Shown: in pieces, positions 20,188 to 28,306 of the stretch
How the letters are laid out: each line of letters begins with the position of its first letter
How positions within the stretch are numbered: the stretch's first letter is position 1
NCBI GenBank assembly: GCA_020861185.1
Contig: JAJBSV010000007.1
Coordinates: forward strand, 52,093-116,092
Length of the DNA stretch: 64,000 bases
DNA from: Ruminococcus sp.
GTDB taxonomy: Bacteria > Bacillota > Clostridia > Oscillospirales > Ruminococcaceae
Direction of reading: 5' to 3'
Made by a program: the position numbers and the translations under genes
Notes under the pieces: model-generated
Databases searched by the model: none
The model's input: the letters and a program-made list of their open reading frames with translations, nothing else
Told to the model about the DNA's origin: nothing

Positions 20188-21312
20188 TTATTCCTCAGCC
20201 GGGGCTTCTTCCTCAGCTACGCCGGCAGCTGCTAGCTTCTCGGGAGAAACGATGTCAATCTTGTAGCCGGTAAGTCTCGCCGCAAGCTTGGCGTTCTGTC
20301 CACGGTTGCCGATTGCGAGCGAAAGCTGAGACTCGGGAACGACAACTCTTGCCGACTTTATCTCGTCGCTTTCGATGGTGACGCTCATGACCTCGGCAGG
20401 TGACAAAGCCTGCTTGATGAATTCGGCGTCGTCCTCGGAATACTTGATAAGGTCAATCTTCTCGCCGCCAAGCTCCGATACAATCGCACCGATTCTTGAG
20501 CGGTGATTTCCGATGCAGGCGCCGATGGCGTCAACGTTCTCGTCGTTCGAGGAGACAGCAATCTTGCTTCTTGAGCCGGGCTCACGGGCTATGGATTTTA
20601 TCTCGACGATTCCGTCGTAAATCTCGGGAACCTCGAGTTCAAACAGCCTTCTTACAAAGTCGCGGTGAGTTCTTGAGACCTTGACCGAGGGCTTTCTGTC
20701 GGGATTAAGTATGCCAACGACATAAACCTTGATGATGTCGCCCGGCTTGAGCTCCTCCCCGGGGATCTGCTCTCCCTTCGGGAAGTAAATCTCGTCCTTG
20801 TCGATGGTGAGGATGGCGTTGCCGGTTGCCGGCTCGACCTTCTGGACGGTTGCGGAGACGATTTCGTGCTCCTTGTCTTTATACTGCGAAACAAGTCTGT
20901 CGCGCTCGAACTGCTTGAGGTCGGAGCGTATCGACTGCTTTGCCGAGGAAGCCGCAACTCTTCCGAATGCCGACGGGGAAACGGGAATCTCGATCGTTCC
21001 GTCAACATAGGCGTTTGCATCGTATGTCCTTGCCTGCTCGAGGGAAATTTCGTTAGCCGGGTCCTCCGGCTCGCCCTCGACGACAGTCTTCATGATGTGG
21101 ATTTCAAATTTCTTGGTTTCGGGGTCAAGGTCAACCCTGACGTTCTCGTTTCCGGGATAGTCTCTCTTTACAGCCTTGAGGATGCCCTGCTTTATCTTCT
21201 CTAACAGTTCGTCAAGCTGAATGCCGCTCTCTTCCTGCAAGCCGTCGATAGCACCGAACAGCTCATCCAAATTAAGCTCATGGCTCTGAGCCGCCTTAGT
21301 TTTTCTCTTCAT
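20188..21312 (-). CDS. nusA: transcription termination/antitermination factor NusA
   Basis: S1 plus two KH domains (IGACIGNHRSRI, AIGNRGQNAKLAARLTG). Confidence 0.95.
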   Translation of the reverse strand: MKRKTKAAQSHELNLDELFGAIDGLQEESGIQLDELLEKIKQGILKAVKRDYPGNENVRVDLDPETKKFEIHIMKTVVEGEPEDPANEISLEQARTYDANAYVDGTIEIPVSPSAFGRVAASSAKQSIRSDLKQFERDRLVSQYKDKEHEIVSATVQKVEPATGNAILTIDKDEIYFPKGEQIPGEELKPGDIIKVYVVGILNPDRKPSVKVSRTHRDFVRRLFELEVPEIYDGIVEIKSIAREPGSRSKIAVSSNDENVDAIGACIGNHRSRIGAIVSELGGEKIDLIKYSEDDAEFIKQALSPAEVMSVTIESDEIKSARVVVPESQLSLAIGNRGQNAKLAARLTGYKIDIVSPEKLAAAGVAEEEAPAEE

Positions 21313-21343
21313 ATTGTTTTAACCAGTCCTTTCTTGGTAGTAA

Positions 21344-21835
21344 TCAATCTAATTCCAAATCGTCGTCATCGAAGAGCGTAATCTTTGCGCACTCTTCAAA
21401 GCTGATTTTTTCTTCCTGTTCGTTTTCATCCAAAACCATGATTCCGTCCTTGTCGTAGCCGGTGAGGACTCTTAGTATCTCCTTCTCACCATCACGAGGT
21501 CTTATGAATCTGATCCGAATCGGGTCACCGATGCAGACCTCAAAGTGGTCGAGCCGCCGAAGCTCTCTGCCGAGTCCCGGGCTTGACACCTCGAAGATAT
21601 AAGACTGCTTTATCGGGTCGAGTTCGTCAAGCTTATCGCTAAGCGGGCGGTGCAACGCCTCGCAGTCATTCATGTCAACCCCGCCGTCCTTGTCGATTAT
21701 AATCCTAAGGTACCACGAAGCTCCCTCTTTTTCATATCTGACGTCCCAAAGATAGAGCCCAAGCTCCTCGCACATCGGCTCGGCAATCTCGCGAACCTTC
21801 GCGACTGTCGGGCTGTCGGATTTGATTACAGACAT
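21344..21835 (-). CDS. rimP: ribosome maturation factor RimP
   Basis: RimP-like sequence upstream of nusA. The ATG at 21835 has a GAAAGGGG RBS. Confidence 0.85.
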   Translation of the reverse strand: MSVIKSDSPTVAKVREIAEPMCEELGLYLWDVRYEKEGASWYLRIIIDKDGGVDMNDCEALHRPLSDKLDELDPIKQSYIFEVSSPGLGRELRRLDHFEVCIGDPIRIRFIRPRDGEKEILRVLTGYDKDGIMVLDENEQEEKISFEECAKITLFDDDDLELD

Positions 21836-21992
21836 ACTTTCACCCCTTTCAAGGCTATCCAAAACAAAAGACCGGAACGAAATTCCAGCCTTTCATAAGA
21901 GTTATTAAATATAGTATACCACAGATTTTCAAAATTGCAAGAGGAAAACGCAAAAAATACGGAATTAATTTTCGAAACTGCGAATCGGTTTG

Positions 21993-22022
21993 TTGACAAA
22001 TATCAGGAACATATGATATAAT
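21993..22022 (+). promoter_or_regulatory. sense promoter of cassette 1
   Basis: TTGACA (21993) - 18 nt - TGaTATAAT (extended -10; TATAAT at 22017). Confidence 0.65.
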
Positions 22023-22081
22023 ATCAGTAGCAAGCGAGTTGAAGCGGTTTGACCTTCGATAAAACTGAGGAGGTGGCTGCT

Positions 22082-22186
22082 ATGACGATTTTCGAAGTTA
22101 TTACGACGGTTTTATCTATCGTTAATCTGATGGCGGACATAGTACTTGGCATTCTTGGTCTTCGGACTGGGAATAAAAAGAAATAA
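22082..22186 (+). CDS. 34-aa hydrophobic Lys-tailed peptide (type I toxin-like; possibly holin-like-toxin family)
   Basis: MTIFEVITTVLSIVNLMADIVLGILGLRTGNKKK. SD GAGGAGGTGG lies 6 nt upstream. Not in the ORF track because it is too short. Confidence 0.65.
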   Translation: MTIFEVITTVLSIVNLMADIVLGILGLRTGNKKK

Positions 22187-22294
22187 CCGCCCGGCTTAAC
22201 TCATAAAGGGACGGTCGATTTCCAAACATAGTGCTACCGTGAGTAGCACATTTTAGGTCGAGCCGCACTGAGTGACGTTCAGTCCAACTCTCTT
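22170..22294 (-). ncRNA. predicted antisense RNA of cassette 1 (ends approximate)
   Basis: Starts about 7 nt after the minus-strand TATAAT. A possible stop is at the U-rich tract UUAUUUCUUUUUAUU, antisense to the KKK-stop codons. Confidence 0.35.
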
Positions 22295-22300
22295 GCTATT

Positions 22301-22329
22301 ATTATACCCTATCGCTGCCCGATTGTCAA
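22301..22329 (-). promoter_or_regulatory. antisense promoter of cassette 1
   Basis: Minus strand: TTGACA (22329..22324) - 17 nt - TATAAT (22306..22301). Confidence 0.65.
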
Positions 22330-22337
22330 CAGCTTTT

Positions 22338-23237
22338 TTATTTTCCGAGGAGCTCTTCAAACTCTTCCTTCGTGCAGAACGTCGTCCCTTCATGCGAGAT
22401 TGCTCCCGCCGCTGTGGTGACGGCGTACTTGAGGACGTCTTCGAGAGGCAAGTTCTTGGTCAGGGCAAGGATTGCCCCGGCAAGCATGTTGTCGCCCGCT
22501 CCCGAGGTGCTCTTGACAGGCACCTTCATAGCCGGAGCCTTGTGGCACTCGGCTTCGGAGACGATAATCGCCCCTTCTGCACCTCTTGAGACCAAGACAA
22601 CCTGCACGCCGTAATCCGAAATTATCTTTCTCGCCGCCGAGATTATCTCACTTTCGGTGGAAATCTTCCCGACGAGCGTTTCAAGTTCAAAAATGTTCGG
22701 CTTTATCATGAAGGGATGCGCCTTCAAGCCTTCTCTCAGGAGTTCGCCTTGTGCGTCCAGAATCACTTTTGCATTCGAGAGTTCACCAAGTTCACGATAA
22801 ATATCACTTCCGACGCCCTTCGGGACGCTCCCCGCAAGGACGATAAACTCGCTGTCCCCCGAGGATTCGGCAACCGAAGCCTTCAGCGCCTCGATGCTCT
22901 TTTGTGTAACTTCGGGGTTCGACTCGTTGATTTCAGCAGTCCTGCCGAGCTCGGTCTCCATAATCTTAAGATTCGTTCTGAGCGAACCCGGGCACTGGGT
23001 AAACTTGCACTCGGTACCCTCACTCCCGAGGGTTTCGGGGATAGCTTCCCCGCCGTCGAAATTGAAGCCGAGAGCACGGCTCGGGACTCCCAATCTCGAA
23101 AGAGCTCTGCTCACATTGATTCCCTTGCCGCCGATGTCGAGGCTCACAGGCTCGACCCGGTTCATGGCATCGAGGTCGAGCTTCCCGGTCTTGACCGTCT
23201 TGTCAAGACACGGGCTGAGAGTTACCGTAGTAATCAT
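22338..23237 (-). CDS. PfkB-family sugar kinase (1-phosphofructokinase / tagatose-6-P kinase type)
   Basis: DIGGKGINVSRAL and a C-terminal GAGDNMLAG motif. Confidence 0.8.
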   Translation of the reverse strand: MITTVTLSPCLDKTVKTGKLDLDAMNRVEPVSLDIGGKGINVSRALSRLGVPSRALGFNFDGGEAIPETLGSEGTECKFTQCPGSLRTNLKIMETELGRTAEINESNPEVTQKSIEALKASVAESSGDSEFIVLAGSVPKGVGSDIYRELGELSNAKVILDAQGELLREGLKAHPFMIKPNIFELETLVGKISTESEIISAARKIISDYGVQVVLVSRGAEGAIIVSEAECHKAPAMKVPVKSTSGAGDNMLAGAILALTKNLPLEDVLKYAVTTAAGAISHEGTTFCTKEEFEELLGK

Positions 23238-24502
23238 GCTTTAGCCGCTTTCTTCGCCGGTTTATCCGCATCAGGGTCAATCTCCCCTGCTCTCTTGAGA
23301 GCAATCTTTGTGAGCGTCGGTCCGACGAGCTCATAGACCATTACCGAGAAGAGAACCACGTTTCTTATAAGCGCGCCGTCCTGCAGGTTTGCCGCAGTGG
23401 TCGCCATTCCAAACGCAACGCCCGCCTGTGGGAGAAGCGTGATGCCCAAGTATTTCTGAATCTCCGGACTGCAGCCGGTCATCTTGGTGGAGCTGAACGC
23501 GCCGAAAATCTTGCCCGCAGAACGGAAGACTATATAAGTGATACCGACCAGGAGTACGAGCGGCTGTGTTAAGATGCTCAGATCAAGCTCCGCACCGGAA
23601 ATTACGAAGAAGAGGACGTTAAGAGCGGATGTCCACCGGTCGTCGTTCTCCATAACCGTACCCGAAAGCTCGCTTGTGTTGCAGAAGATTGCGCCCGTAA
23701 TCATGCAGGTAAGGAGTAGCGAGAAGCCGATTTTGACTCCGCCTATCTCCATTTCGGTCATCGAAAGAGCCGCGGCGAGAACCACGATGCCGATTGAAAT
23801 TGACATTCTGTTGGCTCTTGACTTGAAGAACTTCTCGAACCATCTGAGAAGGAGTCCCATAAGAATGCCGAGGACAACAGACAGAACTATCTCGATAACC
23901 GGCTCAAGGACGATATTGACAACCGAAACTCTGCCCTGCTCGAGTGCGTCCGCGATTCCATAGGAAACGGAGAAGAGCACCAAGCCGACTGCGTCGTCGA
24001 TTGCTACTACCATAAGCAAAAGCTTAGTGAGCGGTCCATGCGCCTTGTACTGATTTACTACCATGAGCGTTGCCGCCGGAGCAGTTGCCGAGGCGATTGC
24101 ACCAAGGGTGATAGCCGCCGGAAGGGAGATAGCATCCGGGAAGATGAAGTGCAAAGCAATAAGCCCGATATCGACGACAACAGTAGTCACAACAGCCTGC
24201 AAGATGCCGACCGTTATCGCCTGCTTGCCCATCGACTTGAGTTCCGAAACCTTGAACTCGTTACCGATTAAAAACGCTATAAATGCCAGTGCTACCTGTG
24301 AAATAATCGAAAAGCTGTCGACCTCTTCGAGCGAAGTAAAGCCCAAACCCTCAATTCCGAGAGCACCGAGGCAGAACGGACCCAAAAGTATACCCGTGAC
24401 CAGATACGCCGTGACGGCGGGAAGGTGCACGAGCTTTGCCAGTCTTGTCATCAAAAGTCCGCAAATCATTGCGAGTGCTAAACATATCAGAATTTCCTCC
24501 AT
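23234..24502 (-). CDS. cation:proton antiporter (CPA2 / Na+/H+ exchanger family)
   Basis: 422 aa, polytopic. N-terminal LPAVTAYLVTGILLGP motif. Confidence 0.75.
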   Translation of the reverse strand: MEEILICLALAMICGLLMTRLAKLVHLPAVTAYLVTGILLGPFCLGALGIEGLGFTSLEEVDSFSIISQVALAFIAFLIGNEFKVSELKSMGKQAITVGILQAVVTTVVVDIGLIALHFIFPDAISLPAAITLGAIASATAPAATLMVVNQYKAHGPLTKLLLMVVAIDDAVGLVLFSVSYGIADALEQGRVSVVNIVLEPVIEIVLSVVLGILMGLLLRWFEKFFKSRANRMSISIGIVVLAAALSMTEMEIGGVKIGFSLLLTCMITGAIFCNTSELSGTVMENDDRWTSALNVLFFVISGAELDLSILTQPLVLLVGITYIVFRSAGKIFGAFSSTKMTGCSPEIQKYLGITLLPQAGVAFGMATTAANLQDGALIRNVVLFSVMVYELVGPTLTKIALKRAGEIDPDADKPAKKAAKA

Positions 24503-24647
24503 TTTTGACCCACTTCTTTCCTGAAAATATACAGAGTTTTCTGATTAGTTATTAAGTATAGCACAATATGACGCCTAAATCAAAGTATTTTTTGCACAAT
24601 CTTCTTTAGCGTAATAAGCCGCAAATTGGCGATATAAGCAATTATTT

Positions 24648-24676
24648 TGTTGACATCAAGCGAAGCGTATGATATA
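24648..24676 (+). promoter_or_regulatory. sense promoter of cassette 2
   Basis: TTGACA (24648) - 17 nt - TGaTATAAT (TATAAT at 24671). Confidence 0.7.
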
Positions 24677-24738
24677 ATAACCTCGGTAAGAGAGCGAAAA
24701 ACGGCTTGACCTTTGATAAAACTAAGGAGGTGGTCGTT

Positions 24739-24831
24739 ATGACGATTTTAGAAGTGCTCGCACTACTTAATCTGATTACGAACATAGTACTTGGCATTCT
24801 CGGCTTAACCTCCGGGAATAAAAAGAAATAG
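24739..24831 (+). CDS. 30-aa hydrophobic Lys-tailed peptide (type I toxin-like)
   Basis: MTILEVLALLNLITNIVLGILGLTSGNKKK, with SD AAGGAGGTGG upstream. Confidence 0.65.
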   Translation: MTILEVLALLNLITNIVLGILGLTSGNKKK

Positions 24832-24935
24832 CCGAGAGCTAGAGTAAAAGTCCCGACCAATTCCGATTTTAGTGCATCCCTCACAGGAGCACATATTAGT
24901 TGAGCCGGAGCTGTTACCGGCAGCTCCGCTCTCTT
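24815..24935 (-). ncRNA. predicted antisense RNA of cassette 2 (ends approximate)
   Basis: The 5' AGAGAGC can close onto GCUCUCGG just before UAUUUCUUUUUAUU. Two internal hairpins: GGAGCUG/CAGCUCC and GUGC/GCAC. Confidence 0.35.
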
Positions 24936-24941
24936 ACTGTT

Positions 24942-24970
24942 ATTATACCCCATCGCTGTTGCTTTGTCAA
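24942..24970 (-). promoter_or_regulatory. antisense promoter of cassette 2
   Basis: Minus strand: TTGACA (24970..24965) - 17 nt - TATAAT (24947..24942). Confidence 0.7.
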
Positions 24971-25001
24971 CAGCTTTTTTATTGGGTTTAAAAGGTATTT
25001 T

Positions 25002-26607
25002 TTAAACATCCACCGCCCGTCTCGATTCTATCTTCTGCTCGCCGACGATGGCGTAGAGCTCCTCTTTCGTTGCTGAATTATCATATGTCATATAGCGGAC
25101 GTGGAGGATGTCGCCTTCCTGAAGGGTGTTGTCGCCGTGGCTGTCGACCTCGGCGCCGGCGGTTTCGCCGTGCTTGACCGAAAGAACAAAGAGGTTCTGC
25201 GGCCAGAAGATGTCCCGAATCTGCTTGCCGACGGCGAAAGTATTCCTGCCGACGATTACGAATGTATCTATTACCTTCAGGACCTTGCCGTAGTTGATTT
25301 CACGGATTCTTCCCGCAACGACCTCTTCGTTGATGGATTCGGCACCGCAGGCTTCGGTGACTATGTAGGAAAGTGCCGCCGCTAAGATTACCGGGAGAAT
25401 ATTTTCCGAGCAACCGAGGGCTTCAATCGAGAAGACCATCGCCGTAAGCGGGCACTTCATCATGCCGGAGATTCCAGCGGTGATGCCCAAGACCACAATA
25501 GTGCTGTAGTAATCCGCACTGATAAGCCCCGCGCCAATCGTAACCTTCGCGACGAGCGAGGCAACAAGCGCACTCAGCGCGATTATCGGGACGAACATAC
25601 CGCCGTTGATGCCGGTGTTGTTCGCCGCCAGGAGCATCGTAGCCCTATAGAGAAGAATCGCAAGGATAATATACCACAAGACATTTCCTTCGAGCAAGCT
25701 GTCGACGAGGTCGTGACCGGTCGAGATGAAGTCATAGGAAATAAGCCCGAACGCAAAAGTGAGCATGAAGACGATGAAAATCTTCAAGCGGAGGCTCATC
25801 GCCGAGAGCTTCTCCCCCGATGAACTTTCTCATCACCATGAAGTAGCGAAGGAAGATGACCGACATAAGACCCACGACTACAGCACAAATGGCGATAACG
25901 CCGAGCTGGGAGAGCCCGAGTTCCCGGACGTGCTCCGAAATTCCGGGGAACATGTCGGCATCCATCCCGAGAAGCGGGCACATCCACCGGACTGTGATTG
26001 ACGAGAACATGACCGACGAGAACGCCGTCATTATTATCATCGGGCTGATTCTCTGGTGAGCCTCTTCGATTGCAAACATGATTCCGGCAATCGGCGCATT
26101 CGTCGCCGCGGTGAAGCCGGCGCAGGCACCGCCGGTCATGACGTATCTGTCCCAAGCCTGATTCTTGCCCGCCATGGTCTTTACGGTTCCGCGACCGATT
26201 GCGGTACCGATCTGGACGCTCGGTCCTTCACTGCCTAATGGTACACCGACAAAGAACGTCGAGAGCGACGCCAACGTTACTCCGATAAGGTTCTTGAGCC
26301 AGTTGAAGCGGATGCCGCCTCTGAGGATTCCGATAGCCGTCGGGATGCCGCCGCCCTTGAGGTTCGGCGTCTGCTTATATACGAATGCGAGAATCGCCGC
26401 CATCGCCCCGAGGACCAAAACTGCGGGGATAACGAGCACCGGTCTTTCCCTCACGGTGGAATAGACCGTTTCCGAAAGGTTTATGACCTTGTTCGCCGCA
26501 AACCGGTACAGAACGATAAAAGCCCCCGTAAGCGTTCCCGCTATGAAGCTGAATATGAGCGCCGGCAGAGCGATATTTTTGACATAATTCAGATTGCGTT
26601 TGAACAT
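25002..26607 (-). pseudogene. ClC-family chloride channel with C-terminal TrkA-C/RCK domain, split by a frameshift
   Basis: ORFs 25732..26607 (GGGIP, GSEGP motifs) and 25002..25799 (GGMFVP motif plus RCK_C) overlap in different frames. Removing one C from the C5 run at 25814..25818 fuses them (..RKFIGEKLSAMSLRLK..). Confidence 0.7.
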
Positions 26608-26623
26608 TTCTGACCCCTAAACC

Positions 26624-27478
26624 CTATTTTTTGAAGAAGAGCACACCCAAGCAATTCGGTCCGCAGTGACATGACACCGTGCAACCGGCGTAGGTCTCTA
26701 AGATATTTTCGTCCTCGAACGGCTGTAGCTCCTTGACGAGCGCCCGAACCTTCGCGACGATATCGTCCGGCACATGCGAGTGGGTGATGAATATGCGGCT
26801 TGTGTCGATATCCGTTCTGCCCTCGAGACGTCCACGGACATAGTCAAGAATCGACTTCTCCATCGCGCCGCGATACTTCTTGCCGACAATCATGGTGTCC
26901 TCGGAAACGACAATTTCGGGGCGGATTTTGAGAAGATTCGCGCCGAACGCAGTAACTCCACTGCATCTGCCGCCCTTCTGGAGATAATCGAGCGTCTGCA
27001 AAACGAAGCTGACATCTAACTTCTCTTTCATTTCGTTCAGCCTATCTGCGATTTCCAAAGCCGAAAGCCCTTCGTTCGCGAGCTCCCTCGCCCTGATTGC
27101 AAGGTGCCCCGAACCGGTCGAGAGGTTTCTTGAGTCAATCGGGTAGACATGCCCGAGCTCCTCGGCGGCAATGCAGGCGTTCTGATAGCAGGAGGAAAAC
27201 TCGCTCGATATGTTGATGTGGACAATCTCGGCGCCCTCGTCGACATAAGGCTTGAAAACGTCCGTATATTCGGAGACCGACACGGCGGAGGTCTTCGGAA
27301 GGACTCCTGTCTCCCCGACGTAGTCGAAAATCTCAAGCGGCGTAACGTCCACTCCGTCCCGCCTCATCTCCTCACCCAGGATAGTCCCAAGCGGCACAGG
27401 CTTGATTTCATACTTCTCATAAAGCTCCGGACTCAAATCACAAGTCGAGTCGCAGGTTATGATTATTTTGGTCATCAA
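26624..27478 (-). CDS. DegV-family fatty-acid-binding protein
   Basis: N-terminal IITCDSTCDL and DegV-like length (284 aa). Confidence 0.85.
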   Translation of the reverse strand: MMTKIIITCDSTCDLSPELYEKYEIKPVPLGTILGEEMRRDGVDVTPLEIFDYVGETGVLPKTSAVSVSEYTDVFKPYVDEGAEIVHINISSEFSSCYQNACIAAEELGHVYPIDSRNLSTGSGHLAIRARELANEGLSALEIADRLNEMKEKLDVSFVLQTLDYLQKGGRCSGVTAFGANLLKIRPEIVVSEDTMIVGKKYRGAMEKSILDYVRGRLEGRTDIDTSRIFITHSHVPDDIVAKVRALVKELQPFEDENILETYAGCTVSCHCGPNCLGVLFFKK

Positions 27479-27490
27479 TATCGCCTCAAA

Positions 27491-27895
27491 TTACATCAAT
27501 TCCAAAAATTCACCTACACCGATAATTCTCGGGTCGGTTATATTCGATTCCAAAAAATCCTTGTCTCCCGTTAAAAACAAATCCGCATGGGCATCAAGTG
27601 CCGCTCTGAGAATCGGGCGGTCTTTAGGGTCGCGGATTTCTTTTTCAACATCGGTTTCTTCCTCCGGTGTCTTGACAAGACGGATATATGAAAGCGCATT
27701 GTACAAAAACGCTTCCATCTCGGTTATGCGCTCGGGGAACTTTTCTCTGAATTTTCTATGCAATTCATCCACAACATAATCACAGACAATCGGCTGAAAC
27801 GGCGGGTTTACCGCTTTATAGAAAGCGGAAGCAACCTTGCCGTTCGGGAAAAGAGCCGCAGAAATGATTATGTTAGTATCGAGCATAACTCTCAT
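27491..27895 (-). CDS. PIN-domain toxin (type II TA, VapC-like)
   Basis: MLDTNIIISA N-terminus and conserved acidic residues (LTGDKDF). Overlaps the upstream antitoxin gene by 4 nt. Confidence 0.75.
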   Translation of the reverse strand: MRVMLDTNIIISAALFPNGKVASAFYKAVNPPFQPIVCDYVVDELHRKFREKFPERITEMEAFLYNALSYIRLVKTPEEETDVEKEIRDPKDRPILRAALDAHADLFLTGDKDFLESNITDPRIIGVGEFLELM

Positions 27896-28164
27896 TCTTC
27901 GTTTTCCTCACGTCTTGAAGCAGTAATCCACTCCGCAACATCATCCTCAGAGTTGAAGCCGGCTTTTTTGGCTTCACCCTTCATCTGCTCCTGAAATTTC
28001 TGCATAGCATAAACAGCCGAATTGACGACCTTTACCGTTCCGTTTTCGAATATGAACGTCACACGGTCTCCCGTTGAAATACCGAGAGCCGCCCGAATAT
28101 TCTTCGGAATTGTGACCTGTCCCTTGGACATCACTCTTGCATCGTTTACCAATACATCAGGCAT
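27892..28164 (-). CDS. AbrB/SpoVT/MazE-family antitoxin
   Basis: SKGQVTIPKNIRAALGISTGDRV swapped-hairpin motif. Confidence 0.75.
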   Translation of the reverse strand: MPDVLVNDARVMSKGQVTIPKNIRAALGISTGDRVTFIFENGTVKVVNSAVYAMQKFQEQMKGEAKKAGFNSEDDVAEWITASRREENEE

Positions 28165-28188
28165 ATAAAGACCTCCAGTCTTAAAAAA

Positions 28189-28244
28189 GTAGGAAAGTAG
28201 GAATTTCCTACTTTTATTATATCCTATCTTCGGCTTATTGTCAA
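28189..28244 (-). promoter_or_regulatory. promoter and palindromic operator of the AbrB-PIN operon
   Basis: Minus strand: TTGACA (28244..28239) - 17 nt - TATAAT (28221..28216). The perfect palindrome GTAGGAAtTTCCTAC (28197..28211) sits at the predicted start site, next to an AGTAGGAA direct repeat. Confidence 0.6.
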
Positions 28245-28306
28245 TCGTTTTCTATTCCGAGAGTTTGCTTCGCAAACTCTCTAAGTTCGACGCAGTCGAA
28301 CTTGTC

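Larger units (their letters stand above)
21993..22344 (+). repeat. type I toxin-antitoxin-like cassette, copy 1
   Basis: Paralogous to 24648..24983, 30875..31230 and 45985..46320. Layout: sense promoter, SD, small ORF, structured 3' UTR, terminator. Confidence 0.8.
24648..24983 (+). repeat. type I toxin-antitoxin-like cassette, copy 2
   Basis: Same architecture as copy 1. Sense terminator: GCTGTTG-ctttgt-CAACAGC plus T6 (24955..24983). Confidence 0.8.

Noticed and set aside
22272-22589. Plus-strand 105-aa ORF starting within cassette 1
   Set aside because: It begins with GTG inside the cassette 3' UTR and runs antisense into pfkB. It has no RBS and is not conserved in the other cassette copies.
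24642-24953. Minus-strand ORFs across the cassettes (24642..24953, 46008..46226, 30824..31024) that share ..ELVG.F.TLALGYFFLFP.VKPR.P.TM..
   Set aside because: The similarity is just the antisense translation of the conserved plus-strand peptide ORF and UTR. They have no SD, the starts are not conserved, and the plus-strand ORF has a strong SD and promoter.
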